Assembly: GCA_964057225.1 (NCBI GenBank)
Contig: OZ059898.1
Coordinates: forward strand, 2,790,001 to 2,854,000
Direction of reading: 5' to 3'
DNA: 64,000 nucleotides
Source: Auanema rhodensis
Lineage: Eukaryota > Animalia > Nematoda
Shown here: positions 56,301 to 64,000 of the stretch, piece after piece
Layout of the letters: the number at the start of each line of letters is the position of its first letter
Position numbering within the stretch: the first letter of the stretch is position 1
Position numbers and translations under genes: made by a program
Notes under the pieces: generated by a model
Told to the model about the DNA's origin: nothing
The model's database searches: none
What the model saw: only the letters and a program-made list of their open reading frames with translations

Positions 56301-59300
56301 TCAGATTTGCGCTAGCTTAAAAATGCACCGAGATATCAACTGATATAAGTTCACACTTATATCCTCGATTTTCATCCTGAAGAATTAATTTTTTCGTTGA
56401 ATAACATTGTCCATCGTCTTTGCCTTGAAAAATGGAATCTAAAAACATCTACTTTTCGCTAAATTATTTTGAAATTTTTCGAAAAAATTTTTGTCAAAAT
56501 GTTTTTGGAAGCAATGTTGAGTGTACATGGAAACTCAACATACACTAATGCATCATTTTTCAAACGATCATAACTAATTTTTGTATTAAGCGTTTTTCAA
56601 TGTAGTATAGTGCATTCGATGCGGATTTTCAAGCTGCGTCGATCTGTGTTATCAGATTTGCGCTAGCTTAAAAATGCACCGAGATATCAACTGATATAAG
56701 TTCACACTTATATCCTCGATTTTCATCCTGAAGAATTAATTTTTTCGTTGAATAACATTGTCCATCGTCTTTGCCTTGAAAAAAGGAATCTAAAAACATC
56801 TACTTTTTGCTAAATTATTTTGAAATTTTTCGAAAAAATTTTTGTCAAAATGTTTTTGGAAGCAATGTTGAGTGTACATGGAAACTCAACATACACTAAT
56901 GCATCATTTTTCAAACGATCATAACTTATTTTTGTATTAAGCTTTTCTCAATGTAGTATAGTGCATTCGATGCGGATTTTTAAGCTGCGTCGATCTGTGT
57001 TATCAGATTTGCGCTAGCTTAAAAATGCACCGAGATATCAACTGATATAAGTTCACACTTATATCCTCGATTTTCACCCTGAAGAAATAATTTTTTCGTT
57101 GAATAACATTGTCCATCGTCTTCGCCTTGAAAAAAGGAATCTAAAAACATCTACTTTTTGCTAAATTATTTTGAAATTTTCCGAAAAAATTTTTGTCAAA
57201 ATGTTTTTGGAAGCAATGTTGAGTGTACATGGAAACTCAACATACACTAATGCATCATTTTTCAAACGATCATAACTAATTTTTGTATTAAGCGTTTTTC
57301 AATGTAGTATAGTGCATTCGATGCGGATTTCTAAGCTGCGTCGATCTGTGTTATCAGATTTGCGCTAGCTTAAAAATGCACCGAGATATCAACTGATATA
57401 AGTTCACACTTATATCCTCGATTTTCATCCTGAAGAATTAATTTTTTCGTTGAATAACATTGTCCATCGTCTTTGCCTTGAAAAATCGAATCTAAAAACA
57501 TCTACTTTTCGCTAAATTATTTTGAAATTTTTCGAAAAAATTTTTGTCAAAATGTTTTTGGAAGCAATGTTGAGTGTACATGGAAACTCAACATACACTA
57601 ATGCATCATTTTTCAAACGATCATAACTTATTTTTGTATTAAGCTTTTCTCAATGTAGTATAGTGCATTCGATGCGGATTTTTAAGCTGCGTCGATCTGT
57701 GTTATCAGATTTGCGCTAGCTTAAAAATGCACCGAGATATCAACTGATATAAGTTCACACTTATATCCTCGATTTTCACCCTGAAGAAATAATTTTTTCG
57801 TTGAATAACATTGTCCATCGTCTTCGCCTTGAAAAAAGGAATCTAAAAACATCTACTTTTTGCTAAATTATTTTGAAATTTTCCGAAAAAATTTTTGTCA
57901 AAATGTTTTTGGAAGCAATGTTGAGTGTACATGGAAACTCAACATACACTAATGCATCATTTTTCAAACGATCATAACTAATTTTTGTATTAAGCGTTTT
58001 TCAATGTAGTATAGTGCATTCGATGCGGATTTCTAAGCTGCGTCGATCTGTGTTATCAGATTTGCGCTAGCTTAAAAATGCACCGAGATATCAACTGATA
58101 TAAGTTCACACTTATATCCTCGATTTTCATCCTGAAGAATTAATTTTTTCGTTGAATAACATTGTCCATCGTCTTTGCCTTGAAAAATGGAATCTAAAAA
58201 CATCTACTTTTTGCTAAATTATTTCGAAATTTTTCGAAAAAATTTTTGTCAAAATGTTTTTGGAAGCAATGTTGAGTGTACATGGAAACTCAACATACAC
58301 TAATGCATCATTTTTCAAACGATCATAACTAATTTTTGTATTAAGCGTTTTTCAATGTAGTATAGTGCATTCGATGCGGATTTTTAAGCTGCGTCGATCT
58401 GTGTTATCAGATTTGCGCTAGCTTAAAAATGCACCGAGATATCAACTGATATAAGTTCACACTTATATCCTCGATTTTCACCCTGAAGAATTAACTTTTT
58501 CGTTGAATAACATTGTCCATCGTCTTTGCCTTAAAAAATGGAATCTAAAAACATCTACTTTTTGCTAAATTATTTCGAAATTTTTTGAAAAAATTTTTGT
58601 CAAAATGTTTTTGGAAGCAATGTTGAGTGTACATGGAAACTCAACATACACTAATGCATCATTTTTCAAACGATCATAACTAATTTTTGTATTAAGCGTT
58701 TTTCAATGTAGTATAGTGCATTCGATGCGGATTTTTAAGCTGCGTCGATCTGTGTTATCAGATTTGCGCTAGCTTAAAAATGCACCGAGATATCAACTGA
58801 TATAAGTTCACACTTATATCCTCGATTTTCACCCTGAAGAATTAACTTTTTCGTTGAATAACATTGTCCATCGTCTTTGCCTTGAAAAAAGGAATCTAAA
58901 AACATCTACTTTTTGGTAAATTATTTTGAAATTTTTCGAAAAAATTTTTGTCAAAATGTTTTTGGAAGCAATGTTGAGTGTACATGGAAACTCAACATAC
59001 ACTAATGCATCATTTTTCAAACGATCATAACTAATTTTTGTATTAAGCGTTTTTCAATGTAGTATAGTGCATTCGATGCGGATTTTTAAGCTGCGTCGAT
59101 CTGTGTTATCAGATTTGCGCTAGCTTAAAAATGCACCGAGATATCAACTGATATAAGTTCACACTTATATCCTCGATTTTCATCCTGAAGAATTAATTTT
59201 TTCGTTGAATAACATTGTCCATCGTCTTTGCCTTGAAAAAAGAAATCTAAAAACATCTACTTTTTGCTAAATTATTTTGAAATTTTTCGAAAAAAGTTTT

Positions 59301-62300
59301 GTCAAAATGTTTTTGGAAGCAATGTTGAGTGTACATGGAAACTCAACATACACTAATGCATCATTTTTCAAACGATCATAACTTATTTTTGTATTAAGCT
59401 TTTCTCAATGTAGTATAGTGCATTCGATGCGGATTTTTAAGCTACGTCGATCTGTGTTATCAGATTTGCGCTAGCTTAAAAATGCACCGAGATATCAACT
59501 GATATAAGTTCACACTTATATCCTCGATTTTCACCCTGAAGAAATAATTTTTTCGTTGAATAACATTGTCCATCGTCTTCGCCTTGAAAAAAGGAATCTA
59601 AAAACATCTACTTTTTGCTAAATTATTTTGAAATTTTCCGAAAAAATTTTTGTCAAAATGTTTTTGGAAGCAATGTTGAGTGTACATGGAAACTCAACAT
59701 ACACTAATGCATCATTTTTCAAACGATCATAACTAATTTTTGTATTAAGCGTTTTTCAATGTAGTATAGTGCATTCGATGCGGATTTCTAAGCTGCGTCG
59801 ATCTGTGTTATCAGATTTGCGCTAGCTTAAAAATGCACCGAGATATCAACTGATATAAGTTCACACTTATATCCTCGATTTTCACCCTGAAGAAATAATT
59901 TTTTCGTTGAATAACATTGTCCATCGTCTTCGCCTTGAAAAAAGGAATCTAAAAACATCTACTTTTTGCTAAATTATTTTGAAATTTTCCGAAAAAATTT
60001 TTGTCAAAATGTTTTTGGAAGCAATGTTGAGTGTACATGGAAACTCAACATACACTAATGCATCATTTTTCAAACGATCATAACTAATTTTTGTATTAAG
60101 CGTTTTTCAATGTAGTATAGTGCATTCGATGCGGATTTCTAAGCTGCGTCGATCTGTGTTATCAGATTTGCGCTAGCTTAAAAATGCACCGAGATATCAA
60201 CTGATATAAGTTCACACTTATATCCTCGATTTTCATCCTGAAGAATTAATTTTTTCGTTGAATAACATTGTCCATCGTCTTTGCCTTGAAAAATCGAATC
60301 TAAAAACATCTACTTTTCGCTAAATTATTTTGAAATTTTTCGAAAAAATTTTTGTCAAAATGTTTTTGGAAGCAATGTTGAGTGTACATGGAAACTCAAC
60401 ATACACTAATGCATCATTTTTCAAACGATCATAACTAATTTTTGTATTAAGCTTTTCTCAATGTAGTATAGTGCATTCGATGCGGATTTTTAAGCTGCGT
60501 CGATCTGTGTTATCAGATTTGCGCTAGCTTAAAAATGCACCGAGATATCAACTGATATAAGTTCACACTTATATCCTCGATTTTCACCCTGAAGAAATAA
60601 TTTTTTCGTTGAATAACATTGTCCATCGTCTTCGCCTTGAAAAAAGGAATCTAAAAACATCTACTTTTTGCTAAATTATTTTGAAATTTTCCGAAAAAAT
60701 TTTTGTCAAAATGTTTTTGGAAGCAATGTTGAGTGTACATGGAAACTCAACATACACTAATGCATCATTTTTCAAACGATCATAACTAATTTTTGTATTA
60801 AGCGTTTTTCAATGTAGTATAGTGCATTCGATGCGGATTTTTAAGCTGCGTCGATCTGTGTTATCAGATTTGCGCTAGCTTAAAAATGCACCGAGATATC
60901 AACTGATATAAGTTCACACTTATATCCTCGATTTTCATCCTGAAGAATTAATTTTTTCGTTGAATAACATTGTCCATCGTCTTTGCCTTGAAAAATGGAA
61001 TCTAAAAACATCTACTTTTCGCTAAATTATTTTGAAATTTTCCGAAAAAATTTTTGTCAAAATGTTTTTGGAAGCAATGTTGAGTGTACATGGAAACTCA
61101 ACATACACTAATGCATCATTTTTCAAACGATCATAACTAATTTTTGTATTAAGCGTTTTTCAATGTAGTATAGTGCATTCGATGCGGATTTTTAAGCTGC
61201 GTCGATCTGTGTTATCAGATTTGCGCTAGCTTAAAAATGCACCGAGATATCAACTGATATAAGTTCACACTTATATCCTCGATTTTCATCCTGAAGAATT
61301 AATTTTTTCGTTGAATAACATTGTCCATCGTCTTTGCCTTGAAAAATGGAATCTAAAAACATCTACTTTTCGCTAAATTATTTTGAAATTTTTCGAAAAA
61401 ATTTTTGTCAAAATGTTTTTGGAAGCAATGTTGAGTGTACATGGAAACTCAACATACACTAATGCATCATTTTTCAAACGATCATAACTAATTTTTGTAT
61501 TAAGCGTTTTTCAATGTAGTATAGTGCATTCGATGCGGATTTTCAAGCTGCGTCGATCTGTGTTATCAGATTTGCGCTAGCTTAAAAATGCACCGAGATA
61601 TCAACTGATATAAGTTCACACTTATATCCTCGATTTTCATCCTGAAGAATTAATTTTTTCGTTGAATAACATTGTCCATCGTCTTTGCCTTGAAAAAAGG
61701 AATCTAAAAACATCTACTTTTTGCTAAATTATTTTGAAATTTTTCGAAAAAATTTTTGTCAAAATGTTTTTGGAAGCAATGTTGAGTGTACATGGAAACT
61801 CAACATACACTAATGCATCATTTTTCAAACGATCATAACTTATTTTTGTATTAAGCTTTTCTCAATGTAGTATAGTGCATTCGATGCGGATTTTTAAGCT
61901 GCGTCGATCTGTGTTATCAGATTTGCGCTAGCTTAAAAATGCACCGAGATATCAACTGATATAAGTTCACACTTATATCCTCGATTTTCACCCTGAAGAA
62001 ATAATTTTTTCGTTGAATAACATTGTCCATCGTCTTCGCCTTGAAAAAAGGAATCTAAAAACATCTACTTTTTGCTAAATTATTTTGAAATTTTCCGAAA
62101 AAATTTTTGTCAAAATGTTTTTGGAAGCAATGTTGAGTGTACATGGAAACTCAACATACACTAATGCATCATTTTTCAAACGATCATAACTAATTTTTGT
62201 ATTAAGCGTTTTTCAATGTAGTATAGTGCATTCGATGCGGATTTCTAAGCTGCGTCGATCTGTGTTATCAGATTTGCGCTAGCTTAAAAATGCACCGAGA

Positions 62301-63881
62301 TATCAACTGATATAAGTTCACACTTATATCCTCGATTTTCATCCTGAAGAATTAATTTTTTCGTTGAATAACATTGTCCATCGTCTTTGCCTTGAAAAAT
62401 CGAATCTAAAAACATCTACTTTTCGCTAAATTATTTTGAAATTTTTCGAAAAAATTTTTGTCAAAATGTTTTTGGAAGCAATGTTGAGTGTACATGGAAA
62501 CTCAACATACACTAATGCATCATTTTTCAAACGATCATAACTTATTTTTGTATTAAGCTTTTCTCAATGTAGTATAGTGCATTCGATGCGGATTTTTAAG
62601 CTGCGTCGATCTGTGTTATCAGATTTGCGCTAGCTTAAAAATGCACCGAGATATCAACTGATATAAGTTCACACTTATATCCTCGATTTTCACCCTGAAG
62701 AAATAATTTTTTCGTTGAATAACATTGTCCATCGTCTTCGCCTTGAAAAAAGGAATCTAAAAACATCTACTTTTTGCTAAATTATTTTGAAATTTTCCGA
62801 AAAAATTTTTGTCAAAATGTTTTTGGAAGCAATGTTGAGTGTACATGGAAACTCAACATACACTAATGCATCATTTTTCAAACGATCATAACTAATTTTT
62901 GTATTAAGCGTTTTTCAATGTAGTATAGTGCATTCGATGCGGATTTCTAAGCTGCGTCGATCTGTGTTATCAGATTTGCGCTAGCTTAAAAATGCACCGA
63001 GATATCAACTGATATAAGTTCACACTTATATCCTCGATTTTCATCCTGAAGAATTAATTTTTTCGTTGAATAACATTGTCCATCGTCTTTGCCTTGAAAA
63101 ATGGAATCTAAAAACATCTACTTTTTGCTAAATTATTTCGAAATTTTTCGAAAAAATTTTTGTCAAAATGTTTTTGGAAGCAATGTTGAGTGTACATGGA
63201 AACTCAACATACACTAATGCATCATTTTTCAAACGATCATAACTAATTTTTGTATTAAGCGTTTTTCAATGTAGTATAGTGCATTCGATGCGGATTTTTA
63301 AGCTGCGTCGATCTGTGTTATCAGATTTGCGCTAGCTTAAAAATGCACCGAGATATCAACTGATATAAGTTCACACTTATATCCTCGATTTTCACCCTGA
63401 AGAATTAACTTTTTCGTTGAATAACATTGTCCATCGTCTTTGCCTTAAAAAATGGAATCTAAAAACATCTACTTTTTGCTAAATTATTTCGAAATTTTTC
63501 GAAAAAATTTTTGTCAAAATGTTTTTGGAAGCAATGTTGAGTGTACATGGAAACTCAACATACACTAATGCATCATTTTTCAAACGATCATAACTAATTT
63601 TTGTATTAAGCGTTTTTCAATGTAGTATAGTGCATTCGATGCGGATTTCTAAGCTGCGTCGATCTGTGTTATCAGATTTGCGCTAGCTTAAAAATGCACC
63701 GAGATATCAACTGATATAAGTTCACACTTATATCCTCGATTTTCACCCTGAAGAATTAACTTTTTCGTTGAATAACATTGTCCATCGTCTTTGCCTTGAA
63801 AAAAGGAATCTAAAAACATCTACTTTTTGGTAAATTATTTTGAAATTTTTCGAAAAAATTTTTGTCAAAATGTTTTTGGAA
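53352..63881. repeat. 16-mer HOR unit (53352-58967) followed by a 14-mer derivative (58968-63881)
   Basis: Same type order in both units. Rare markers AAAAAGTTTTG (53680, 59296) and GCTACG (53828, 59444) are each 5616 bp apart; the terminal N-type monomers are 4914 bp apart. Confidence 0.85.
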
Positions 63882-64000
63882 GCAATGTTGAGTGTACATG
63901 GAAACTCAACATACACTAATGCATCATTTTTCAAACGATCATAACTAATTTTTGTATTAAGCGTTTTTCAATGTAGTATAGTGCATTCGATGCGGATTTT

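Larger units (their letters stand above)
1..64000. repeat. Tandem satellite DNA array, 351-bp monomer, ~182.3 copies, head-to-tail, single orientation
   Basis: GCAATGTTGAGTGTACATGG recurs every 351 bp (1, 352, 703, 7021, 14041, 21061, 28081, 35101; then 35451 ... 63882 after a 1-bp deletion). Copies differ only by a handful of substitutions. The array runs off both window ends. Confidence 0.99.

Noticed and set aside
17061-63934. Seven 63-aa minus-strand ORFs (MKNDALVYVEF...)
   Set aside because: They begin at TTG, span a monomer junction, and are open only where C300G or T301A removes a TAG present in most copies; D-type copies with G300 are closed by another TAG from T253. No recognisable domain. 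These are repeat artefacts.
1-64000. CRISPR array or other repeat-spacer system
   Set aside because: There are no unique spacers; the entire 351 bp is repeated, and no cas or other genes are present.

Overview
The whole 64-kb window is one uninterrupted, head-to-tail tandem array of an AT-rich 351-bp monomer (monomer 1 is about 31% GC by hand count: 58 C, 52 G). It holds 182 complete copies plus a 119-bp partial copy, all in the same orientation. Monomer n starts at 1+351(n-1) up to n=101; monomer 101 is 350 bp (1-bp deletion near 35336), so later monomers start at 351(n-1). I see no genes, RNA genes, transposon insertions, inversions or CRISPR spacers. The seven 63-aa ORFs are read-through artefacts of the repeat. 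This is most likely eukaryotic satellite DNA, possibly centromeric or pericentromeric. It is not CpG-depleted, which fits an invertebrate host, but I cannot name the organism or family. Two layers of structure are worth attention. (1) Each monomer is tiled by four dyad-symmetry/hairpin modules. (2) A few dozen recurrent substitutions define monomer types arranged in changing higher-order repeats (HORs): an ~8-mer domain at 1-12636, a switch at ~12637, local 2-, 4- and 7-mer duplications, and a 16/14-mer at the right end, with chimeric monomers marking probable unequal-exchange breakpoints. Variant names use positions within the monomer (monomer 1 = window 1-351). Monomer typing was done by eye and should be confirmed computationally. 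I found no support for a novel gene-based system.
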